Shown in pieces: positions 27,060 through 37,694 of a stretch of 64,000 bases of DNA. This DNA is from Paraspadella gotoi (taxonomy: Eukaryota > Animalia > Chaetognatha). The notes beneath the pieces are model-generated. The model ran no database searches and had not been told where the DNA came from. It was given only the letters and a program-made list of their open reading frames with translations. How positions within the stretch are numbered: position 1 is the stretch's first letter; every line of letters starts with the position of its first letter. The stretch is taken from the NCBI GenBank assembly GCA_051294375.1, contig CM119270.1, forward strand, positions 11,724,416-11,788,415. The letters are read 5' to 3'. The position numbers and the translations under genes were made by a program.

Positions 27060-28067
27060 TCATGGAAAGACGTAAAAAATATGATAAACATAAAGGGGAT
27101 TCCCACAATAACAAGCCAAGGGTTAATTTTTTCGTAGGACACGTCGCGGGCGCCCATCATCAGCGAGACGTTCACCTGTGAAATTGAAAAGAGACTTTTT
27201 TTCAGTCACAAGTTTTTAACGGAATTTGACTACATAACTCGCCAAATCTTAACTTTTCACTTTTCTTTCGTTTAAATGATGGTTCACTTCAATTATACAC
27301 ATTTTTTAAAGTATGACAGAGCAACTGAGACAGCTTGAGTCGTATACTCGTTACCTTTCCGTCGTTGGCGACATAAAGTCGTTGCAATTGTCTCAGTTTC
27401 TTGTACCGCGGGGGGCATGTCATCGGTGATGTTATGTAAGAGACATCAGTTTCATCCTGGTTTACCGGTTTCCGAATCGGCCTGAGTGTCATTATTATAA
27501 TTTATTTTATTACAGTTTTTTGAATTTTATTTCTTCTTTCCAGTTTTTTTTTATTGTTAGTCTAGTTGAAACAAATTGTCGACACACCAACTCTTGAATA
27601 AATTGTAAAAGCAAGGTTCAGATTTATTAACGTACTGATCATAAACTATTCTTTAAAACAGAATATTATTCCGATTACATTTCCATCTTACTTTGCAATC
27701 TGGATCCCGCTTTTTGCGGCTTCTATCTGGCGTCTATTCCCAAACTGTAGCCTCTGCAAATGGATACAAGTCTCAAACGGTTTAACCAAAGTATTATTAT
27801 TCACCGATATCTAAAACATAAACATAAACAAAATTAGCCTCACTGTTACAGATTGATTAATTCAGCTAATTACTTAGGATAATTCAAATATTTCCTCCGC
27901 TGACAAGCGATTTTCTCTGGCTTTGATCCAATCGTTGAATTTTCGTCTCGCTGAGAATCGCGCCAGCTGCAGCGTGGCGCGGTCTTCGCGGCGCTGTTAT
28001 GCGGGAAAGCTTGCCGCACGGCACGAAAAACGGAAGTCGACAGACGACTACTGAGTAGCGTCAACAT
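27060..28067 (-). CDS. COX7A-like gene, inverted copy 2
   Basis: Reverse complement of 8575-9599. Confidence 0.68.
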
Positions 28068-28519
28068 TTTTTGTATTTCAAATAATATTCCGATGGGTGA
28101 GGGGAGGTCAAAAGGAGGCAAAGAATGTAAGAAGAGGTAAGGAAGCTAAAAGGGGTAGAGGGAAAGGGTAAAGAGGGATTACATTTGCGATTTATATATG
28201 CATGTATTTCTATCTATGGCTATGTATTCCTATAAAATATTAATAATCAACGGTTGCGAAAGCCAATATATCCTAAGAATATATTGTGTGAAGAGACAGT
28301 AATTGTTGTTATGAGTTAATGACAGAACCGTTCAATATAAGCAGTACTTGAGCTTCGGATCAGGCTGTAACACCGTTTACAGGCCGGTTAAGGGCCCCGT
28401 CCATCTTCACTGCTTGGCGACCACAAAGCTAGAAACCCCGACCATTGGGTTGGGAGGCGAATGACTTNNNNNNNNNNNNNNNNNNNNNNNNNCCTTCTTC
28501 ATTCTTTACTTACGCAGAC

Positions 28520-28730
28520 GAACGTCGTCGCCAATCCAAGCAATATTTTCTCATACATGATAATGATTGTTTCATAAAATTCTTCTGCAGTGAGATTTTT
28601 GACAAATTATGTTTTTGGCATAGGTTTACCGACAAACACTGGTCGTTCCTTAAACATTCATTGACACATTATTAGAATTACAACTAGCACTATATAAATG
28701 CATGTAGATTCGGCGTCGAACCTTACACCT
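28520..28730 (-). CDS. Putative exon with PAN/apple-like cysteine pattern (fragment next to gap)
   Basis: AG acceptor and GTAAG donor flank a frameshifted segment containing CVNECLRNDQCLSVNLC (CxxxCxxxxxCxSxN). Confidence 0.35.
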
Positions 28731-29138
28731 TAAAGATTATTCTACTACATGTCCTTGTAAGTCCAAATATTAAAATCAGTAGATTCAAGTATAAAGCCAC
28801 AATTTAAACTTCGCTTTAAATAAAATTCCACTTCAACCGACGATTAGAAAAAAGTTCAAGGCTCGAATTCCCCAGGGGAGAAAGAAAAAAGGAAACCAAT
28901 TCCCCGCGGAAAAAAAAATAAGGAAGAAAGAAAGAAAGAAAGGGTTTCCTTCTTCCCTCAACGATTGACGATGCACTTCCTTCGGTAAAAAGTTGATTCG
29001 TTAGTCTTTTGTTCGACGACTATCGAGATTTTAGAACTATATACGTCCAATTAGTACATACGAATACGTCAACTATGATGCGAATATAACAACAATAGTT
29101 CGAGGTATATTATTTGCCTTGCAGTTAGGAGGGCGCTT

Positions 29139-29850
29139 TCAGATGTGTTGAACGATGAAAGCGATGGATTGTGACCATCGATTCTGACAAAGATGAGGAG
29201 GGGGAGAAGTGTTATACGTAATAGATATTGTATATTTAGTATTAGATTTAGGTAGTTAAGGATTGACTGAAATAAACATCAAACTCACCATCGAAATTCG
29301 GCACAAATCTGCGCATTGGAAGTTTAAGTCTGCGGAAACCTGTTGAAAGTTGATTAAACAATGTTAGCAAAATATTTAAAAAATCAATAAAAAAAAAATA
29401 AAAACAAAGAAAACAGAAAGCGAGCAAGCATGCATACTTTATTGGTCTGTAGAACGGCCTCCACCTGCGTCACACAATCTGTTACGCAATCATTCACTGT
29501 TTCCGCCAGATGTCCTTGCTTGATCGCTCCGCCCGGTTCCACGCCGTCGGTTTCTGCATCGGCGGCTGCTTCTGCCGTCCTGCCGCTCAGGTGTCTGCCT
29601 TGTTCCCCCGACTGGCAGGCCGCTGTTGATGTCTATGGCATCGCCATGGGATGTACTTGTCGGGTAGTTGGATGAATGACAAAGTCTTTCCGTCTGTTAA
29701 AAAGAGACAAAAAAGGCAATAAAAAGCCAAAACATAGCGATTGGTCAACCTTTTTTAATTGATAAATTTTTATATAATATAATAATGAGGACTCACCATC
29801 GCCGCCAAAAAGGCGACCAATATAGCGAATTTCGTCGTTGTTATCGTCAT
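29139..29850 (-). CDS. Secreted peptide-precursor family member A (exon 2 frameshifted)
   Basis: Exons 29850-29797 MTITTTKFAILVAFLAAM; 29693-29438 TERL-CHSSNYP..DKYIP..GRQK..VNDCVTDC (across indels); 29339-29289 VSADLNFQCADLCRISM; 29183-29139 NRWSQSIAFIVQHI-stop; GT-AG introns. Confidence 0.7.
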
Positions 29851-30172
29851 TGTTTCCCTCAGAACTAAAGCATGCTAAGACTTTCGGGGGGGAAATACAC
29901 GATTCCGGTACGAAAAGGAAACAAAATGATTATGATTTTGTATTTTGTACAATACAGTATGTTAATTCGGAAAGTCAGAAAAGTCCCTAAAAAAGAATGA
30001 GCTGATAGGTTAACTAATAATCTTGGCTAATTATTGACCAACCTTAGCCCTAACTTTTTAAGGGACGTAAAATAAGACATAAAAAGGAACAAATAAGGGT
30101 AAATAATGTCTGGTCAGTGGTCGCTCAGCATTTTCGTTACTGTATTCATTTTTTTCGTTTTTGTTTTAAGCA

Positions 30173-31463
30173 CTACAGCTGCTCCTGTGGCAGCTGTATC
30201 TGCTGCTGTTTTACGATTCTTAAGATGGAATCGTTCCAAAAAGCCTGGGAGAAAAAGAATAGTAAAACTTTAAACTTTAAACTTTTCGATTCATTATTTA
30301 TATTCAGACAATAAACCTACTTGGAATTGTAGACAAAGCTGCTTGCAGTTTTCAGTCACGTATCCTTCATTTTGAATCGCCTTCGCGGGGGACTATGCGA
30401 TCAAAATTTTAAATTTGAATTTGATTTTAGTCAACTATTTTTTTCATCATTTGGCCGTTATTCAACTTTCTTTCAAAAACATTTAATCGGCCTCAATGTA
30501 ATAATCATTTCTTACCTCATCCCTTCATTAATTATTTATCGTTCATCACTTCTAACTCGACCAACCTTCACTTCCCATTCACAAACCCCGACGCATCATT
30601 ATTTATCGTTCATCACTTCCAACTCGTCCTCCCTTCACTTTCCATTCACAAACCCCGACTCATCATTATTTATCGTTCATCACTACCAACTCGACCTACC
30701 TTCACTTCCCATTCACAAACCCCGACGCATCTCTTTAATTCCTTCGTCTGATCCTCGTCCTCGCTCCGCTTCCTCCTTCCGTGAAGGAAAGGAAAGGGAA
30801 AACCGAATCCGCCGCCCATGTATCCTCCGCCGCCGCCCCCGCCTTTGAAGGACAAAGAAATTGGAGTTCAAATACAATTTATTAATTATTTAATTAAAAC
30901 AAAGATAAAACTCTGTTATATTTTTTATGAAATTGGTACAACCAATATAAAAATCATCTATTCATTCAATAAATAAGCTATCTTGCCCCTGACTTTGGAC
31001 ATGCTTTGGTGGTTTAAGGCCTCTATCACTCTTACAAGATAATGACATAGCAGGTCCTTGCAAGCTTTCAATTAAGACTCTCTCACAATCTCGTTTATTT
31101 ACACCCAGAGTATCCCTTCTCTCCTTATTTATTTATACAATCAACAGTTATTTTACTCAGTCATTCATTGATATTATATTATTGTTTAGGGTACTATTGG
31201 CAATAGTTTAAACTAGTACTAGTACTAGTATATTATAATTTTTTTCAAACGAACGAATGTTTGATATATTTCTAAAAAGTCACCTTGAGGAACCGGAATT
31301 GGCATGATTCGATCTCGACCGGGTTGCGAAGAGCAGCCCCATGATATCTCAAACTAAAAAGTTTTTAAATCTTTTAAAATCAAAGTATTCTTAAATAAAT
31401 CCCACATGACCCAGAACTGACGCTCACCATGGCAACGAGAAGAAAACTGAGGGTGACCCACAT
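30173..31463 (-). CDS. Secreted peptide-precursor family member B (intact, 5 exons)
   Basis: Exons 31463-31428, 31353-31284, 30842-30700, 30392-30321, 30244-30173 splice in frame: MWVTLSFLLVAMFEISWG-CSSQPGRDRIMPIPVPQGGGGGGGYMGGGFGFPFPFLHG-RRKR-SEDEDQTKELKRCVGVCEWEVKSPAKAIQNEGYVTENCKQLCLQFQAFWNDSILRIVKQQQIQLPQEQL. Confidence 0.88.
30520..30732. repeat. Three tandem ~65-bp units duplicating the 3' end of precursor B exon 3
   Basis: TTATCGTTCATCACT..AACTCG....CCTTCACTT.CCATTCACAAACCCCGAC repeated three times. Confidence 0.85.
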
Positions 31464-31786
31464 TTTTTTTTCTTAGTCTAAAAATGAAACAATTCTTGCG
31501 CGTAAAAATCAAAACAGTATTGTCGAGTCAAGTAATCAAGTCAAGTAATCAAGTAAATCAATTTTTTTTTCCTCTTCATAATTTCAACAAGACCAAAAGA
31601 CGTGGGTTATTACTCACTCACTTCTTAGGTTTTTATTATGTCATTATTCAAAATTAAATACTGATAATACTTTTTATCCAATTTAACAGAATTATGAATT
31701 GAATTGTTATGAGGTTATTCTTCATCAGTCATTAGTCCTTTCATTTCGTTCTGTCATAAAATTTAAAATTGTTCCGTCCAAAAAAG

Positions 31787-32097
31787 TCATAGATTCCGAC
31801 GCAGAAATTCCGCCGCGGTTCTCTTTCCATCTTGTACGAGCCTCTCCACATCAACAGCCGACCTTTCTCCATCTTCCGTCGACCTTTTTCTCTCGGCAAC
31901 GACGGACTTTTCAGCAGCATTCCTCTTCTTCCGCCCGAACCCCATCATCGGGAAGCCGCCGTAGCCGCCGAATCCGCCGTAGCCGCCCCCGAAGCCCCCG
32001 CCGCCGCCGCCTTGAGGCACCGGAACCGGCATGACTCGATCTCTGCCCGGCTGCGACGAGCAGCTCGAGGAGAACTCGATCTGAAAAGGAAAGTTTT

Positions 32098-32186
<89 letters not shown>

Positions 32187-32263
32187 TTGTCGTGAATGCC
32201 TGAAAACTGAAAACTCACCAATAGAACAAGAAGGAACATGGCTGCAAACCAGGGAGCGTTCAT
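31787..32263 (-). CDS. Secreted peptide-precursor family member C (2 exons, follower lacks cysteines)
   Basis: Exons 32263-32219 and 32080-31787: MNAPWFAAMFLLVLLIEFSSS-CSSQPGRDRVMPVPVPQGGGGGGFGGGYGGFGGYGGFPMMGFG-RKKR-NAAEKSVV... Confidence 0.88.
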
Positions 32264-32386
32264 TTTCCTTGTGGTAAATTTTTACTATACTTCAACTGTA
32301 AAGATTGATAACACAATGTAGAGCGAATGATGTAAAAATGAGGTATATATTCTGAGTATTTGATTTTAATAAATTATGACATTATG

Positions 32387-32911
32387 TCACGTTAACATAA
32401 ATATTAAGTCTTTTAACAGCTGTTCACAGTCGCCGATGCGTCGAGAAATGTTCAAAGATTTTCCGGATTCCTGAATAAAATATTATTCAAGGGAATTTTA
32501 ATATTCGACTGGGCGAATTTAAGTTCAAATTATCTTCCCCCCCCCCATCACCGAGCAACCAAAACACACATCCCCTCAGACACCTTCCAACTCCCCACCT
32601 TTTGTTTTCTTCTTCCAAACTAGAATCTTCGACGTTGCGTTTTCTTCGCCCAAAACCGAAACTGCCGTACCCTCCATAGCCCCCGTAGCCCCCGCCCCCT
32701 TGCGGCACGGGGATGGGCATTATCCGGTCATTTCCCGGCTGGAATGAGCAGCTCCGGCTCACCTCCGCCTTTTTTTTAACGGGTGAGGGGGTAAAAGATT
32801 AATACTTTAAAAATCCTATGATTTTATTAATCCAGCTGTGGAAGAGGGTCACTTTTTTCCAATACTTACACAAATCACGAGTAGAAACGCGAAAAAAAGA
32901 AAGCTCCTCAT
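32387..32911 (-). CDS. Secreted peptide-precursor family member D
   Basis: Exon 32911-32870 and exon from 32768: MRSFLFFAFLLVICAEVSRS-CSFQPGNDRIMPIPVPQGGGGYGGYGGYGSFGFG-RRKR-NVEDSSLEEE...RCLRGC; probable last exon 32470-32387 (IGDCEQL), splice phase uncertain. Confidence 0.85.
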
Positions 32912-34101
32912 TTCGTCGGTATTAAAAAGTCAGGAAAAGTGAATGAAATCCTCTTCTTTCCCTTTTTCGCCTTCGGAAGGAATGAGAAAAAAAAAACAAC
33001 CAAAAAACGCTGCGTTTCCGTTTTATACAAAGAAAAACATTCAAGTTTCGTGTACAATTCATAACCGAAGGTCCATTGATTCCTAATCCCCTTAAAATTC
33101 AACGCCTTCCAAAGAAAATCGTCCCACGGAGAAAATTCCCCCTTTTTTTTCGCTTCTGCCGTTTTTGTCATGCATTCGATTCTAATGGAGAATCGATTTC
33201 GGGGAAATAAAACAAAAATGCGTCGAATTAACTGAGAGAAAATAACTTGGATGACAGTGAATTTCAAGGCCATTTTTTATTTGTGAATGGGATAGTAGTC
33301 GGTGAAAAAATGTTAGATGAGTATAACTTAAAGAGCATTAATTTTTTTTTTAAATTCTTAGTTTACCAGCTTGTCTGTGGGGGTCAGACCGGAAACTAAT
33401 ATAAACATATTATAGAAGTTGTTCGTTAAAATTCAACTCTTCGTAAGCCAGTTTGTTTTGCTTGTTGACTAGCAACAACTTGCAACATCTGAAACCGCCT
33501 AATCATTCTTTTACGTATCTACTCTTATTCGTTACTTATAATCTTCTTGAAGCTTGATGATTATACTATATGTTACTCTTATTTTTATTAGTCTAATCAT
33601 ATCAAAAGTCACGCGCTTTGTTTTGCAGTCAAGTCAGAAGAATGTGGAAGTGACCCTATTCCGCTGCCTTATTAAGAATTCCATTCTACATAGTACAATG
33701 AATCGATTTGATGACAAAATACGTCTATTTTTCGATTTGATTCATTAAAATATTTTTCCCTCCGATCTACATTTTCAGTGGAAAGGGAATCGCGAAGAAT
33801 CACAAAGGAACGAAAACAGATTAGGAACAAACGGTGATTAAAATGACAACGGACGAAAAAAAAACAACAACGAAAAATTGGGTTTCCGTCTACATTGAGG
33901 TGAGGCTCTTTTTGGGTTAGAAAAACCGAGACAGTAGGAATTAGGCTGAAATGGAATAGATTTCAGATTTTTATTCAATGACAATTATTTGTGGTTGCTT
34001 AAACGAAGTTAAAACTTCATTGTAGGCTGACTTCGACGATTAATTGTCAACAACTAATACAAGACCAAATGATTCCGTTCTTATTCCCAATTCACTAAAG
34101 T

Positions 34102-34892
34102 TCACGCATTCACTTCCTTGTTCCTTGAAAGAAAGTTGATCAATTTTCGCTTTTCTTCCTCTTTTATTTCGGTTATACCGTTGATCCAACGATTCTGTAA
34201 ATATAAATATAAAACTTTATTTTGTAAAGTTCAAATAAGTATCTGATGAAAACAAGTCTTCCATTAAATTATTTTTAAGGGAGCCTAAAACCTTTATATC
34301 GTCGCATATCGAGGTACAATCGCCGGCCATAGACTTTCTCCAAAGGCCTTGAGTTCCTCTCTCCTACAAAAAAACGTTTTGTCAAATTGAATAAACGAGA
34401 AAAGTTTGATTTTCTTTTGAGAAGAATCCTACGTCAACAACGCATTCTCTACATTTCTCTCAAGCTTGCTTCCTTGCTTTTCTTTGAAGCCTCGAGTTCC
34501 AACCTCCATAAATCGCCGACAGTTGGCGACGCAGGCGTTGACGACCTCATCGTCTCCCTCTTCCTCCGCGTCGTCTCTGTCTCTATCTTCGATCCCCTCG
34601 CTCCTCCGACGCCGACCAAATCCGAATCCCCCGCCGCCGAACATCGGGACCGGAAGCGGGATCCATCTATCGGGGCCGCGGGAAGAGTCAGAGGACCAGC
34701 AGGCGGAAGAGGCGTGGATCTAAAGGGGGTGATGATGATGATGATGATGATAAATGTATAGCATAAAAAAGTATTTATCGGTGTACAAATAAGTATAATC
34801 TTAGTTAATTTATCAGTATAGCTAAAACTACTGCATTAACCTACCATCGTCACCGCAACGAACGAGCAGAGCAAAAGAGTTTTTCCGTCCAT
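34102..34892 (-). CDS. Secreted peptide-precursor family member E (intact, 4 exons)
   Basis: Exons 34892-34845, 34719-34504, 34363-34292, 34194-34102, all phase 0: MDGKTLLLCSFVAVTMIHASSA-CWSSDSSRGPDRWIPLPVPMFGGGGFGFG-RRRR-SEGIED...VNACVANCRRFMEERGTQGLWRKSMAGDCTSICDDIKNRWINGITEIK... Confidence 0.88.
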
Positions 34893-35097
34893 GAGGAGAG
34901 ATTAAAGATTGGCGCAATGTATTTTTCTTTTAATACTAAAAAACTAAATTATGTCAGTTACCAAAAATACTAAGAGACTGTTAGTGCCAAACTGACAAGA
35001 CATATTTATATGGCCAACAAAGTTTATTTTAAGGAATCTATATAAAACGCACAGCCGAGTCTTTCTGTAAGGACGCGATGAATTGATTGACCGATCT

Positions 35098-37694
35098 TTA
35101 ACTTCGGAAACTTAAGAGCTGGGATTTCCAAAACGTCTGAAGAAAATAAAGAATTTATAAAATCAATATTAAACAAACATTTATTGAGTCCTGGTGAAAT
35201 CCCCCACCTCGACGTCTTGGCAAAGCCATTCGCATTTTCCGATCTCAAAATTATTCGTTTCGGTTCTGAATTCTTCGTTTGTTGAGTCGTTTTCCCTCTA
35301 GAAATTGTAAAAATAAATCGCACAGTTACAAAATTATGACGCATAAATTTGTTTTTAATATATTGTTAAAGTCACTGACTCCCAGCTGTCCCAAGCAAGA
35401 CTTGACGCAATCGTATTTCGTTTCGGCGATCCGAAATTTCCCGGTAGCGGCGTCAGCCGTTGCGTTGTCCGCCCGACGCCGTCGTCCGTGACCGATGACG
35501 CCGACGAATCCCGGCCTCATTCCGCCGCCGCCGCCGCCGCCGACTGGGATGGGAAAGAAACGATCGCGGCCCGGAGTCGAACACGAGATCGAGAGCGGAA
35601 CCTAAAAGAGATTAAAGCGTGGGGTGCGGAAATCGGGAGTCGATAAAGAACACTTGAGATTAGGGATAGTGTGGGGTGAAGGAAATGAGGCAGGGTATTA
35701 AGATTTTTAGATGGGGACCACCGAAATGGATGAAATTTAAATACAGTAAATATTAATACGAAATGGAAAAAAACTGACTAAATATATTCTTCGGGAGAGA
35801 AAGTTATCTTCCCAGGTGAGTTTTGGAAGGTTTGTCATTACGTAATTCAATACCGAAGGTGCAAATTACCATCTTGGAAAATGAATAAGTCGCCAATTTT
35901 TAAAGTTAGTTAATTGTATATTAAAAATTTAAATATAAGAGAAAAAATGGGTATCAATATGTAGTGTAAACTCCCTTGCTCTTCACAACTTCATTTATTC
36001 TGTTCGGCATTGACTCATAGAGCGACTGCAGAATATTCCAAGGAGAGGTTATCCCAAACTTTTTTGATAAGTCGTTTCATGGCTTGCAGAGATGTTGGAC
36101 GTTCGTTTCTCAGTCATTTTTCATCTCTGACCACACCTTTTCGATCGGATTGAGAATCCGGAGAGTTCCCAGGCCAGTCAGGTAGAAAGTTTAACCTCAT
36201 TTCGGCGATGCCACTCTTTTGTCTCCTTGGTCGATTGCGGAGGGGCGTTGCTTCCATAAAAACTCCACCTCGGACGAATTCCTTTATCTTCGCTTCCTCC
36301 AGAATTTCTCTGGATTTGGCGCCATCAACGCGTCCCGAAATGAAGATTAACTTTGACTTGGCACGGGAGGAGATTACAACCGCAACACCATGACCTTCGG
36401 TTGCTGCTTAACCATCTGCAATATGCAATTAGGATGCAATGCTTTGCCGACGCTGCTGCACACTTCGAAGATTCACTCTTAGCTGCTTAGATATGGAAGT
36501 ATTCTTGATACTGTGCAGGTAAGACTTAAAGCTGCCCTCACTGCTGTCCGTCCTCAGCCTCGTCTCAATGGCTGAGCAGGCTAAATCATCTCATTCCATC
36601 CGTGCGTCCGGGTTCAATCCCCGGTATCCCGGTTCTGGCTTAAATGTGACGGTGCCCGGTATAACATGCCAGTGACAGGAGCGAGTCACTGAGGGTCCTG
36701 CAGCCCTTACGCCAGTTGGTGAGATACCCCGCGCCGCCCGGGTATCACAGGCTATCCTCCCGTTGCCATAAGTGGTGAGCCCTAACTATCGAACACGCAA
36801 CCGCTGCGCACCGTGCGCCCACGCTACGTCGCTTAGGGTATGCATTATCACGCCTATGCCCTACTCTCTGGTAACGCTCCAGACTCGCTCGCTCGCTCGC
36901 CCGCTCGCTCTCACTATGGCAATGAGATCAAAACCTTCTCTCAGACATCTCCTCAGGATGAGGCCCCTGTGGAGAAGTCTGGTGGGGGGATCCTGTGGCA
37001 GTAAGACTTAAAGCTGCCTCACTGGGGCTGTCCGTCCCAGCCTCGTCTCAATGGAACTGAGCAGGCTAAATCATCTCATTCATCCGTGCGTCACGGGTTC
37101 AATCCCGGTATCCCGGTTCTGCTAAATGTGACGGTGCCGGTATAAACATGCCAGTGACAGGAGGCGGTCACTGAGGGTCCGCAGCCCTTACGCCAGTTGG
37201 TGAGATACCCGCGCCCCGGTATCACAGGCTATCCTCCCCGTTGCATAGATACCCGCTTTTGTGAAAATTCCAATTATAGATGCACGTTGATCACTTGTAA
37301 AATGCCAACGTTGAGCATAAAAAAGAATATACAGTGAAAATAAAAAAAAAAATGAAGGAAAAAAAATTATTAAAAATCTTGAAAATACGCCAAAGAAAGC
37401 AAATTTTTTTCGATCTCCCTTCTTTTCTTTCCTGCTTGACCCTCGACGCAATTTTAATCATAATCTAACATAAACGGGGCTCCATTGATCGAAAATCGCC
37501 AAGCTTTCTGGAAATATAATTTTTTTTCTTTCGATTATTGTTAGGAAGGGTTTAAAAATGATCGAGAAGTTGTTTGGCGACTTATTCATTTCAACGATGT
37601 ACTGTGATAGGCTTGGCTGGGGGATGCGTAAAAGAATGCCCAAGGTCAAAGTACTTACCGTCAATAAAAATATCCATAACAAGAATTTATTCAT
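35098..37694 (-). CDS. Secreted peptide-precursor family member F (intact, 4 exons; intron 1 carries transposons)
   Basis: Exons 37694-37659, 35601-35380, 35297-35208, 35136-35098, all phase 0: MNKFLLWIFLLTVPLSIS-CSTPGRDRFFPIPVGGGGGGGMRPGFVGVIGHG-RRRR-ADNAT...YDCVKSCLGQLGRENDSTNEEFRTETNNFEIGKCEWLCQDVETFWKSQLLSFRS. Confidence 0.85.
35862..37604 (-). mobile_element. Tc1/mariner DNA transposon relic (internally deleted, frameshifted transposase ~37318-35954)
   Basis: Inverted repeats AAATGAATAAGTCGCCAA (35879-35896) / TTGGCGACTTATTCATTT (37574-37591); fragments AQRWHFTSDQRASIIG..KAGIKNTSISKQLRVNLRSVQ (HTH), KVMV.GC, DWPGNSPDxNPIEKVW, SLYESMPNRINEVVKSKGVYTTY-stop. Confidence 0.88.
36512..37247 (+). 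mobile_element. TRIM-like non-autonomous LTR retroelement
   Basis: ~255-bp direct repeats 36512-36770 and 36994-37247 with TGTG(G)CA...TGC(C)ATA ends; PBS-like TGGTGAGCCC at 36773; purine tract GGTGGGGGGA at 36981-36990; 5-bp target-site duplication GATAC (36507-36511, 37248-37252); no internal pol. Confidence 0.85.

Noticed and set aside
30173-35601. Precursors as vasopressin/oxytocin-neurophysin or Hedgehog homologues
   Set aside because: No Cys1-Cys6 ring, only four follower cysteines versus 14 in neurophysin, and no Hedge or Hint domain; similarity is architectural only
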